From Klebsormidium nitens (lineage: Eukaryota; Plantae; Klebsormidiophyceae): a stretch of DNA of 64,000 nucleotides. The notes under the pieces are model-generated. The model was not told the DNA's origin. It saw only the letters and a list, made by a program, of their open reading frames with translations, and ran no database searches. The stretch covers positions 1 to 64,000 of the forward strand of contig DF237432.1 in the NCBI GenBank assembly GCA_000708835.1, read 5' to 3'. The position numbers and the translations under genes were made by a program. Positions 12,567-24,180 of the stretch are shown here, in pieces (position 1 is the first letter of the stretch; every line of letters starts with the position of its first letter).

Positions 12567-15500
12567 ATGAGGGTCAGGCATGTGATGAACAAGCATGGCT
12601 CTGGGTTGGAGCAGTCTGACCAAGCGGCCACCCCCAGTGCTTCAAACCCTGAAAACAATGCAGGTATGCATATTCCTCCACTTACATGTTTTGGAAGGAT
12701 TTGATCACCAGAACCGAAATTGAGGCAAAGATCCTATGAGTTGGTCACCAAGCGAGTGTCAACCAGCAAGGGGTTTCATGCACCTCTGCATGAACTTGCA
12801 ATGGCAACATTGCAAGTGAATGAACGGGCACATTCTGTTGAAAATCGATTTCGAACTCTATTCTTCTACATCTGTTAGGTGCACTTGCGTTGGCCTGCTT
12901 GGATCGCTTTGCGGAACACTTGCTTGTTGTTGACTGGCATGTATCATATGAGCGGGGGCGCTGATCACCAACTATGCCGGGCATGTTTTGCAGAGCTTCT
13001 GGCTACAGAGTTGGCCAAGGAGCAGGAAATTGAGCTTGTGGATATGCAAGCCCCCTCACAGCTTCCTCAAAACGAAGGTAAGTTGCTTCCTTGTGGAATG
13101 TCAGAAGTAAGTAACCTTCCAATGCGCAGAAGCTTTTGGTGGTTGCTTCCAACGCACAGCCACTTCAACCAAGGGGAAAATAAGGAGCGATTTGTTTCGT
13201 GTTGCAGGAACTTCCATGTTGGCCCCAAAGGAGGAAGACTTGATCGCGCCTGAATCTCCATGGACTGGTGACATGAACTTATCAAAAGTGAGGCGCCTAC
13301 CTTCAGTCTTGTACCACAAACCGATTATGTACCTCAATGCCAGAGTGCACGGCAGATTGAAAGCAGGCATAAGAAACGAAAATCACAATGTTTTCAATAT
13401 AAGACTTCTTCTGGCTGACGCGATCTCTGTGGCCAACGGGAAGCCTGTTTATTCCTTTACTTAATACTGTGCGCTTAGAGTTTCGTGGAGATCCCTTCCA
13501 TTTGTCTCGGGTTTTGGGGCATGGGGTGCCAGGATGTTGCTTCTGCAGCATTGTTGAACAAAACTGGTACCTGATCCTGCACTACCTCTCTATCTTCGTT
13601 CTGTTTTCGTAATTGAAAGAGGCCCCGCTAAGAGGTGCAATTGGTCGAATCCGAGACGGATACAGATCATTGGTCCCCTGAGGACGGGCATTTGTTTCAT
13701 TGCAAGCCAGCTTGTGACGAACTCTGATACTGAAGCTGGCGAAGGGTGTAAATCCTCGTCGAAACGAGCATGCATCGTCCATAAGATACTGGCCTTTATT
13801 CCTCCGTCCCTATGTCTAGGCCAATTTTGACTTTGTTCAAAGTTTGCACTGACTTGGAGTAAGTAATCGACTTCGACTCCGAGAGTTGACTGGATTCATC
13901 TGCGCATTGACTTGACGAATCACGGCGAAAACGATCAGCACAAAAGCACGAACGTACAGGGGTAAAGATGGTTTACCAGCAGGTACTTCTATTCGAGTTT
14001 TGTCGTGCTCTCTGCAGTCCTCCTTCCACCCAGAAAATCCACGACGTGTCTGCAAACGGTCTAAACAAAAGCCTCGCTTCGTGTCCTGTCTGTAGATAGT
14101 CTTTCCTAGTTTTTACAACTGAACGACTTGCCCTCTTTGATCCAGCTTGGCCAGACCGTCGAGAAGAGCTACTCGGCCCTGCTCCACAGCCCCGACAAGT
14201 GGTACTCCCTCAACAAGCTCCTCAACCAGAAGGGCGGCCGCGACATCCTCTTCCGCATGGAAGACGTCATCAAAGAACGCGGCCTCGCCCCCGTGCGTGA
14301 AGAGTTCCTGCAGATCAAGCCGCAGGTCAACGCGGACCTCATCTGGTCGCTGCACCAGCCGCTGTTGTCGCTCATGCTCTTCATCCTGAAAGAACAGAAC
14401 GACATCCACAGGAAACTGATCCGGGTCCCCGAGCTCAAGAGCGACATCTGCAAGGCCATGGGCCTCGGGCGGCCGTCCAAGGTCAAGCCCGCGCCGCCGC
14501 CCAAGCCGAAGCTCGAGCGGCAGCCCAAGATGGTCACGAAGCCGAAGGGGCTGGCCACCGGTACGTCTGGGAGCTACTCTCCCAGAAAGTCGAATTAGCT
14601 TGCATCGTAATTGCGAGGTTGCGGTCTCTGAGCCCGTAGCTTAATTCTCTGAGCCCGTAGCTTAATGGCGCATCTGACAGTCTAGAGTCCGAAGGCCAGT
14701 AGCAAGGTCGCTTTCGAAGAGTTTCAATAATCCTGTTGAGCAATCGACAAGCGAAGAACTGCTCTCCACTTTCTTTCGAATTCAAAGGCCGTTGACTCGT
14801 AGATCCGCGTTAAACCAACCTGATGATACGGAACGTGAGCCACTGTACGGATAACGGACTGGTTCATCTTCGTTTTGACAAGAGGCCAAGGACAGAAGCA
14901 CTTCGAACAGTCTGAAAGATGCCTGCGTTTATGACTTTTCAGGAGCCGATAGTCCAGCAGAGGCTTGCTTTATGGAACTGAGGTTTTCAATTGACTGGTT
15001 ACGTCCTGGCCCTGGAAGCTCCGTCGTTTTGAGGCCAACTAAGCTTTGAGGTGCTGGACGACGCCGTCCGACTGATCCCTCTTTCGACGCTTATACTGTC
15101 TGGAGTCCTTGTACAGGAGAAAAGAAGTTGAAGAAGAAGGTCCCCAAACCCGATCCGCTACGGACTCTGTTGTATCCCCCCAGCGGCGCGGGGGCTGCAT
15201 ATGAGGACACTAAGGGGGGGGACCAGGAAGCAGGGGCGTCCGGGTTTGCCTTAGGCACCCCCCCGGCCAAGAAACTGAAAACGGGCGATAAGCTGACGGA
15301 TAGTCAGACGCTCCACCAGCTGATCGCAGCGTCCCAGGAACGTGACCGGTCGGGGAAGTTTGCGCCGGGGTTTTCCCCGGTCGCCGCGTTGAAGCTTAAG
15401 AAAAAGAAGGTCACGAAGCCGGGGGCCGACAAAGGCCTGGGGAAAGGCCTCGGGAAACGGCTGGGTAAAAAGACGGAGAAAGCGGCTGAAAACGGGGCTT

Positions 15501-17235
15501 CTATCAAGAAGCTCGCTATAAGCTCCCCGAAAACGTCATCCCGGAAGCAGCTAACCCCCCGGCGCGCTCCCCCGGCCGACGGCGGCGACGGCGCGGGGCC
15601 GTCCACGTCAGCCGAGCCCCGCGCGCCGCGTGTCGAGCCCGTCTCCCGGGAGGACGCGGAGATCGCGGCGCTCGTGTGCGCGCTGCGCACGCGCGGGGAG
15701 AAAGAGGCGCGCGTGTTGGAGGCGATGGCCGTTCCGGAGCTGGACGAGCGGATTGGGGAACTAGAGGCGGCGCGGAACCGCACGGACGCGGAGTTGGTGC
15801 AGCTGCGCGCGCGGCGGCGGGCGCTGATTGGGGAGGGCGACGAGGAGGCGCGCGAGCGGGCGGTCGGGGAGAGCGTGAGGGCGGCGCGCGAGCGGTGCCT
15901 GCGGGCGATCCGCGACTTGCTCGGTGAGGGCCAAGAACGTGCTCGAAAAGTGGGCACCAAGATTTGTACTGCGGACTGTACTCGAGAAGCGCTTGCGCCA
16001 AGAAGTTGTGTCTTTACGGTCCATTTACGGAACTTCGTCACGTCTCACTGTCAGTAAGTCGGTCAGATTCTTGGTTGATAGTGGTGGCAGTGCGAAGAAT
16101 GACGACGCCGTTTTCAAATTTCTGGACCAGAAGGCATTAGCGCTATGTCCGCTTACTCAGACCGCCTTTCACCTCTCGAACTTCTCTTTCTTTTCTTGAT
16201 TGCTTCGTCGATCTTTCCTACCCTCAGACGCCACGTCTACGAATTGACTACCTTTCTGAACCGAACACGTTCTGCCAGCTACCCTGGTCCTAGAACAGAA
16301 GGCTTGCGAAAGCTAGAGTAAGAAACCTGTTCGATCCATCGCAGACGTGCTCCCCTCGACCACGGAGACGCCCCCGCTCGCGCTGTTCAACGAGCTGGAG
16401 CGCACGGGCGACTTCGACGCGACCCTGGGCGCGCTCGCGCGCAACCAGCGCACGCACTTGCAGCGCGAGTGGAACCGCAAGAACGAGCTCGCGACGGGGG
16501 CCAAGCGGGCGGAGATGGAGGCCATGTATCAGAAGAACAAAGTCCGGCGGCATCTGGGCATTCCGCCCGCGGACAGCGCAGGTGAGATTGGGACTTTCCT
16601 GTGCGTGCCATAAGGGCGGCTTGTTGGTTTTGGCCTGGGAAGCCGTTTCTGAAGCGTGTCCTGGTCAGTGAGTGTCCTAACGTGGATCGAAGCCCCAGGG
16701 GTACCTTGAGTTGCAATGGCTTCGTGTTTCGTTTGAAGCGAGGGGATAGCTTGCGTCTCTTGAGATCCAATCACGTCATGGCTTATCAGCTTCCTGGTCG
16801 CATCTTTGCGTTCACTTCGAGACGGGAGGACGCTCACACAGCAGGCTTCGGTAGAGAATGAAGTCAAGTCGTAGTCTCCGATTGTCTCTCCTAAGTAAGG
16901 GCAGCCCGGAAGGTGGGAAAGCTGAGGATATTCAGCTCCAGATTGCACGAACTGGTGCTCTTCTATCCTGATGGGAAACGGAAGGAGACAATCGAACGAC
17001 GTTCAAAGAGTTCGGTATAATAGTACGCTTTCCCAAGTTCGAAACGCTGAAACTTTCCCACCGTTCGTCTGTCTCTCTGCCAGCGGATCAGCCCGCCGAG
17101 TACGACGCCATCTTCGTCGCGTTTCAGCAGAAGCTGACGGAGCTCCAGCAAGAGATGGAGCGGCAGGTGAAGCTGCTCGACGATACGGAGAACGGCGCCA
17201 AGCAAGCGTGGCTCGCATACAGGGAGGCAGCATAA
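12567..17235 (+). CDS. Uncharacterised lysine-rich, probably nuclear protein (paralog B)
   Basis: Seven exons: 12567-12663, 12994-13077, 13208-13287, 14146-14560, 15117-15923, 16345-16581, 17084-17235. It starts MRVRHVM like paralog A and shares YSALLHSP..WYSLNK, EEFLQIKPQ.NADLIWSLHQPLLSLMLFIL, DSQTLHQLIA.SQERDRSGKFAPGFSP and FDATLGALA. Confidence 0.85.
14621..14665. repeat. 21-bp tandem duplication in an intron
   Basis: TCTCTGAGCCCGTAGCTTAAT twice in a row. Confidence 0.85.
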
Positions 17236-18469
17236 AGTATCTCGGCGGAGGGGTATTTATTGGATACGCGCGGACCCCTCCATTTGGAAGCCGCTTTGCA
17301 GCCGATGAAGAGCTTGAAAGATGAGCAGCCGTAATTGACGGTAGCGCATGCACAAGATTATCGGTTTGAAAATGATTGGTACGGCAAAGCTGCTCCAAAT
17401 GTTACCAGGTCTCAACACTGTCACCCTGGTCGAATGAACTTCACGTGTCTGACCAGCCCAGGACGCTAAAATCAAACACTTTCGATACGTAATTGCGGTA
17501 GCTGTTTAAGCAGTGATAGCTGGTGAGATACAAGGTATAGAACATTGAAACTGAGTTGTCTACGCTTCTGTCTGCTTTACGACACTGCAGCCATTGCATG
17601 CCGTCGCAAGATATGGCGCACCGAGGCGGCTCTAGGCCCTCCGGTCCGATCACTTGGCCGAATTGTATGCAATAGCTTGCATGGCATGAATCAAACCGGT
17701 CAAGTTCCTTAAGGTCAACTCACAATTGTGAGTTGACTGATGCAACAGTAGATTGCAGTGGGCTGGCAGCCTGCTCCTGATCATCCTATGAGATTGCATG
17801 CCAGCTATATGTAAGCTCTTAAGGCTCTGCGGGTCTGGCCGCACAGCCAGACGTAAATTGAAGACAGTTGCGACTGTGGCCCGGCTTCAATATAGAGGCT
17901 GGCTCAGCCTTGATCGACCTCTACACGCACTTGGTTAAGCATGCGCTACACACACACGATTGCATGTGAGTTGGTCAAAGCGTTTGCTCATGTGCGCATG
18001 ATCTGCAGCATGTGTCTAACTGTCTCCAGGATCGCGTGCCTGCAGGCAGCTAGGCTCTCGACACGTGCAGTCTGGTGTTGATTTCGCAAGCCAACCGAGC
18101 CCCTTCATTGTCACTGAGGGAATTTTCACCCGGGTAAATTTCCTGAAAGCGGGCCCGCATCGCATACAGCTACTCAACTTGCCCCGTACTTGGAACCTAG
18201 GTATAACGTCGCAAATAAGTCTGCGCGTGTCCCATCATCCTATGATCTCTTCCTTACTAGCTGGCAAAGCTAATCCAGTAACTCATCCTTTTTCCGAGGA
18301 CTGGAACTTTTGGAACTTACAGAATAGTGTGGCCGTAATGAGATTTCATCCTGGTCTACAGTCAGTCTGTCTACAGCATGCCGCAGTCCTAAGGTGTGCA
18401 GTATTTATCTATGCAGTCCCTTGTAGTCGTTGACCCAAAAACCTGGCGGCAATTAAAGCATCTGCTCTT

Positions 18470-21400
18470 CTAGTTCTCTTTTGGCTCAAAGAAGACATTT
18501 GTCTTTCGGAAAAGCGTCTCTCGGATGACCGGCTTCCGCGCATACTCCGGCTTGGCGTAGTTCTGCGTCTTGGCCGTAAGGCCGATGTCTGCATATGCCG
18601 TTCTATAGCCACCCGTCCGCTGCAAAGATGACATGAGAGTCGCGTCAGCGGCGCGAATTCAATTGGCAACCTTGAGATGACAGCAGAGGTTCGCTGCCCG
18701 TACGGCTGCATTGAAAGCGCATTGAAAGCTACAACAGACAGCAGTGTCAAACGTCTGTTTACATCCTCAAGTGGAGACTGTAGCCTTGTGCTTTTTCAAG
18801 ATAGTTCCGCATCTTATCTTCTCAAACGAAGGGGCCAGAACATGGAGTGATGAGATGCGACTTCAGACCCGGATCTTTCTTATCAAAGATGCAGACGGCT
18901 TATTTTTTCCAACAGAAAAATCGTTGCTCAGGAAGCTCTGTGAATTACGCAGATGAGAGATTGGTTGGCAGGTCCGACGCAAAAAGCTGCAACATGATTC
19001 TCAATTCTTTCCTCACCTTCTCAATTTCCGTGTTGTTGTTACAGTACGCCGCTCTGTGCGGGCAGTAGAAAGTGTCCCGGTGGCATTTGGTACAGGCCTC
19101 CGTCACCGCCTCCCGCCCGACGTCGAACAGGTACTCTGGCCCCTCGAACTGCGCGCGCGGCCGCGACAGAGCGTTTAGGGCCGGGGTTTTGAGGAACTGA
19201 CACAATGCCTGAAGCGGCTCTTGGAAACTTCGGTGGGAGACCGACACAAAGAAAAACTGAGACCGGCCGTTTCTGTCTGCAGATTTGCGAGTCTTAAGGC
19301 GTGCTTCGCGCTGAAATCACCAAGAAACTGGTCTACTGATCTTTCCGTTTGAGGAATGCCACTTCAAACATGTAGACCTTACTGATTACACGGCAACCAA
19401 AGATAGAGTCCAGTGGCCCACGTACTCTACTCTGCTCTTCTCATCCTTGCTCGCGGGTTCTTTGTTCGGCAAGAAAACAATTGAAGCAATGGGAGCATAT
19501 GGCCACGTACCCTGCTCTTCTCTTCCTTGCCGTAGGTGCTCGCAAGCTCGCTCTGCAGCGCCTGCAGCCGCGCGTGCGCCTCCGTCCCCTGGAGGTTCTC
19601 CAGCGCCTTCTTCGTCACCTTGATCTCTTGCTGCGCGCCACGTGGCAGAAGCGAGCGTCAGCTTTCTGCCACGTGGAGTCGTATTGGTGGCTCGGCGACA
19701 GAGTGACTGGACGGGTCAGACTCAGCATACGAGGCTCGAATCTCGAGTAACTGGTTTGGTGTTGGTCTGCTTTCGAAATATGATCTAGCATCTGAAGCTG
19801 ACGTAACGAAGTCATCTATACTCAAACCGCTGAAGGGCAATGTGACGAAACCTTCGAGTGCCTTTCCCAAGGAGCTGGTGAGATATTTTCAGTCGCAGCT
19901 CACGGACATTGACTTCGGATTAAAGCTGTCCCATTTTGCGCACCCATTCACGTATTGCTGTGCCTACAGATTTTTGTCGACCTTATTGAGATGCGTAAGC
20001 TAAACGGTTCGACTTTAGAGTGTGAGTTTCAGCTTCGGCGCCTGAGCATTTCAAAAATGAGCCATCCCAAACGCAGTGACGTTCTGATGTTCCAGGGCTC
20101 CTGGTTTCACTCTCTTCATAAAACGTTAGCTCAGTCACCTTCTGACTACTGAATTGCAGCTGCTCTGGCTTGTTTTCTTTCTCAAGTCATTTGACCATTT
20201 GAATAACGGTGGAGCTCCAAAAAGCGTCTAATGCTGCTGCTTTCCTTTGACCCTCTGAGCCTTGCGCTTCTTGTTATTGTCGTCCATACGATCTCAGCTT
20301 CTCTATTTCATTATACCGGGACACTTCATCTAAAAGCTCATCGAAGGAAGCCTCATTCTTGTCTGTACGTCCTGGTAGATCGAACTGCTCTCTCCGCTCC
20401 CTTTTCCAGGAAACGAGATCTCGTTACTCAGCCTTACCCGCAGCTGTGTCCGGTACTGCTCCACACGGATGGTGCTCGTGAACTCGTCGCGCTTCATAAA
20501 GTCCCCTGTCCAGAACCCCACCTTCTTTTCCTGTCCACGGTATGTGATCTTGTCCTCGTACTTGGCCCCCTGGAGGAATGAGACTAGGGCTCAATGACTA
20601 GGCGTTAGCCTCAAGGAGAGGATAGGGCCCTCAGCCAAGCAGCTAACGTTGAACTGAGATAGTATGTCAAGAGCAGATTCCATGGTCGAGGATAAGGAGC
20701 CTCTATTGACGCTTGATCGATGATCGGACAATCCGGATGCTGACATTTCAATGTATATGCGAAAGTTGATCCTCAGCTGTTCAACCCGGTGCTTGGGTCA
20801 ATTGAATAAAGCCGTTTCAAGAGCGCCGTTTCAGTTGAGTGCTGCAGCCTGACTGAGTACAATAAGTACCCTTGCCTCTGAGGCTTCCCAGGACAAAGCA
20901 TCGGGCTGAAAACATCAACTCGAAAGGAAGGAGACAACAGTGATCAACTCATGCTGTGCCGGACTTTTGGTAAACGAAAAAACAAAGTCGATTGCATTTA
21001 TCAAGTAGAAGCCGGCTTGAGTTCTGGTTGTTTCTGAGCAAGCAGACTAGAAAGAAAGAAGCCTTACATCTGCTATCCACAAGTGCTTCTTGTCGAAGTA
21101 TGTGTCCACTGTTTTACCCTCCTTGGGAGGCTGTGTCAGAAACTGCTTTCCCTTGTAGCAAGACCGATAATCTGCAGCAAAGCAATGCTATGTGAGATAA
21201 AGACTTACACCTTTCCATTCCCATTGTAAGGCCTCTCTCTGTGTTGCAAGGAATATTGGAGGAAATAGCTTGCAAGGTACAAACAAGGTTATTATGCTTA
21301 ATAGGAAGTTTCAGCACGAAGCATCCCTTTGGCTTAACCCTGTGTTACAATACAACACATAATAGGAGGAAACATGGAATACTATTTTTTTCAAGGTCAG

Positions 21401-21660
21401 TGACATATAAAAGTCCCAATGTTTGCCAAGAAGGTGTAAACATTGGGAAACATTCCTCGACCCTGCATTCTCAATTAGTCTTCCTACAAACTTTCTAGTA
21501 CCACAGATCAGAACAAATCAATAGGGGACCGCGTCCTGCTACACTCACTTTCGTGTTGCTCGCCATAATTGAGAGGCGCATCTTTTGTGCCTATGGAGAT
21601 GTAACTAGTGGTGGAAAACACATCCCGGAGCGCCCGCTCCGTCAACATGTTGTGATTCAT
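18470..21660 (-). CDS. Probable cilia/flagella-associated protein, ~250 aa; N-terminal motifs weakly reminiscent of CFAP96/C4orf47-like proteins
   Basis: Six exons: 21660-21549, 21171-21068, 20569-20438, 19630-19511, 19148-19017, 18619-18470, phase-consistent. Motifs: FSTTSYISIG, YKGKQFLTQPPKEG, GFWTGDFMKRDEFTSTIRVEQYRTQL, YLFDVGR..TEACTKCHRDTFYCPHR, KPEYARKPVIRETLFRKTNV. The gene model is solid; the family assignment is recalled motif similarity only. Confidence 0.7.
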
Positions 21661-24180
21661 TTTGGCCCCCTTGCCCGAACCGCACCCTTTAGTCAACGAG
21701 CAAAAGATGTACAGAGAACTATTCGCTCGCTAATGGTGAAGCCCTGATCAGCCAGCCGTGATTGCCCTTATATTTGGAGTCTCTTCTTGTGCCAATGGTC
21801 GCCCTTCCCAAAACCACACCACCTGGCGGTAGCCTTCTTCTAGCACAGGACACTGAAAGCAGTGGAGATTGCAAGCCACCCTCTAGCGCTCGATCTCTGT
21901 GAACTCTTCACAATGCTACCTCTGGTTCCCTTCGGTCTCTTCCCCTCTCTTTTTCCAGCACATTGCAGGCAGGCCAAACGAATAAGCATTGCATGCGCAA
22001 GAAGTCTGGTTCAATCTTGGCAATCAGACAAGCAGAGTAGAGTATAGTTTCACTTCCAGTGGACCAATGAGCCTGATGTCAACAATGGTGGATCACAACG
22101 TCCACAATGCTGCGTGCATATGCGAAAGATATGCGAACATGATGTTAGAGACCCTATCTGTGCCAGCATCAGTTGACGAGTCTGACTCGATGTCCAATCA
22201 AGACAGTAGCGCGCTGTGCCGCCCGCGACCTGAGTGAAAAAGATACCGGTGACAAGTTTATCTGACGGCTGTCGGTGACGAGTCATTGGCCAGCGGCCAT
22301 TCTCGCCGTCGATATCGAACCGGCCTGATGTGGTCACCGGTCAGTGAGCAGATTCCATGACTGCTCGGCTTCAGGCGGCTATCTAGCTGATGTAGCACCT
22401 AGTAGCACGCACCTAGGATGGCAGCGAAAAATGGACACGTCAATTTCACTTCAACCATTATATCGGATTTGCTGGTCAATATCACCGTTTCTGCCATTCC
22501 AACCGCGTATGCAAGCATAACTCAACGGATCGGACCAGCGTGCTTACCATTTTGAACCCTTATAACAAGCGTCGGATGCACGAGTCATTGAACAAAAGTA
22601 AAGATCGGGGAATTTAATTCCGAAGACGGTTTCAAGCAGAGTTCAACTTTCAAGACTGATTCGAGGGGATCGATGTACCGGTAGGACTATGGTCGAAATT
22701 CTGGACAGGCTGGACTGAAAAAATTGCAGCAAGTTCCGGGCAAAATATCATACGTATACCGTCAGCCCGCTAGCGACGTAGGTATCGCCAGGGTGGGAGT
22801 ACCATAGCCGCGCTAGCTATGGCCCTATTGCGGGGCCCCTCCCCACCACCAGGGGTCGAAGAAAGGGTCCAGGCCCTACGATGTCTGCTGTCTGAACGGG
22901 ACCCCCGAATATGAAAGGGGGGGTACCACCTACTAAAAGACATGCAGCAACTTTCAAGTCGATATCAAACCTATATTCCCTGCCCTCCGAGACAGATTCG
23001 CTTGATACGTACCGGGGTCCTGTGTGTGATATACCTATTGTCTTTGAGTATCGACCGGCTAGAATATGGAATGCATGAAATGTTGAAATGCATACTTTGT
23101 TGACATGCGTAAACCGATAATATGTGCAGCATGCTCCCATAAAACCCTTGGTCCCGTGTTGGTTATCAGCATAAAAGTCTGATACGTGGAGCCGATTTTC
23201 GGCATAAATTAACAAAATGGCCGTGCATAAGCGGAAGCAATATGTGGAATTTTCGATGAAGTCTGTATAATCTGCATAAAGCGTGCTTATGAGAAGACGT
23301 TGTCCATTTTCCGGCTCTATAACCTAGGCTATTGCTCTATTGAAGTACCTAGCTACCGTTGAAGAAGCACCAAGAAATCCGGGTGACCCGGCGGGCCAAT
23401 TGAAGCCTCAACTGGCAACATGCACGCATGCATGATGGATTCAATCTTGAACACACTTGTGATAGGCAGGCAATCAGCGGGGCCGAACTCAGTGCAGCCG
23501 GCGACGGTCTCAATCGCCGGAGGAATTTCTATTTCAGCATGGTGTATAGGTGTGCGGGCAGCCTGGCGGGCCGCGGCAATGCTCAGCCATGGCTGGAATG
23601 TGACCAGCTGATGCATATGACGCCTCGCTCCCCACTGAGGCCCGAAGTAATACCTGACATAGCGCATGACATTGCTTCACCCCGCACTGGCGCGAGGCCG
23701 TTCAACGCCATGTGGCCACATTCATGTGCAAGGATCATCGAAGCAACCCGTAGATCTATCAATTTGATTGCTGCTTGGACAAGTGTAGCAAATTTAAGAT
23801 CTCTGTCGCGCGGTCTAAATGCAGAAACTTTTTTCAAATTGAGGCGGTCGCTCTGCCAAAGGTGCTTTGCAAAGTTACGCCCAGCTAGTTGTACAGCAAG
23901 TAGCAGGCTAGCTAGATGGCGTCCAGTCCTTGACAAGATCGAACATATCCCGCCCCCATACGCACGAGACACCCTATTATCCGAGGTAACACAAAAACTT
24001 ATATTGTCAATCATTGTCTTAGCCTACTATACACGTGACCCGCTTGCAAGCACGAAACAAGCTAGAACAGTCTTAGTATTAATACTTAGTAAGATATGAG
24101 CAAGCGGGATAGCGCTATTTGTCTATGATTCGCAGCAGCTTGTAGACGGAAAGTATCGGACCGACTATAAACTACCAGGT

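Noticed and set aside
22247-23360. Possible MITE or Helitron remnants: 9-bp inverted repeat ACCGGTGAC/GTCACCGGT at ~22245-22340 and hairpin CCATAGC..GCTATGG at ~22803
   Set aside because: Repeats are too short, with no TSD, no second copy in the window and no transposase or Rep/Hel coding trace.
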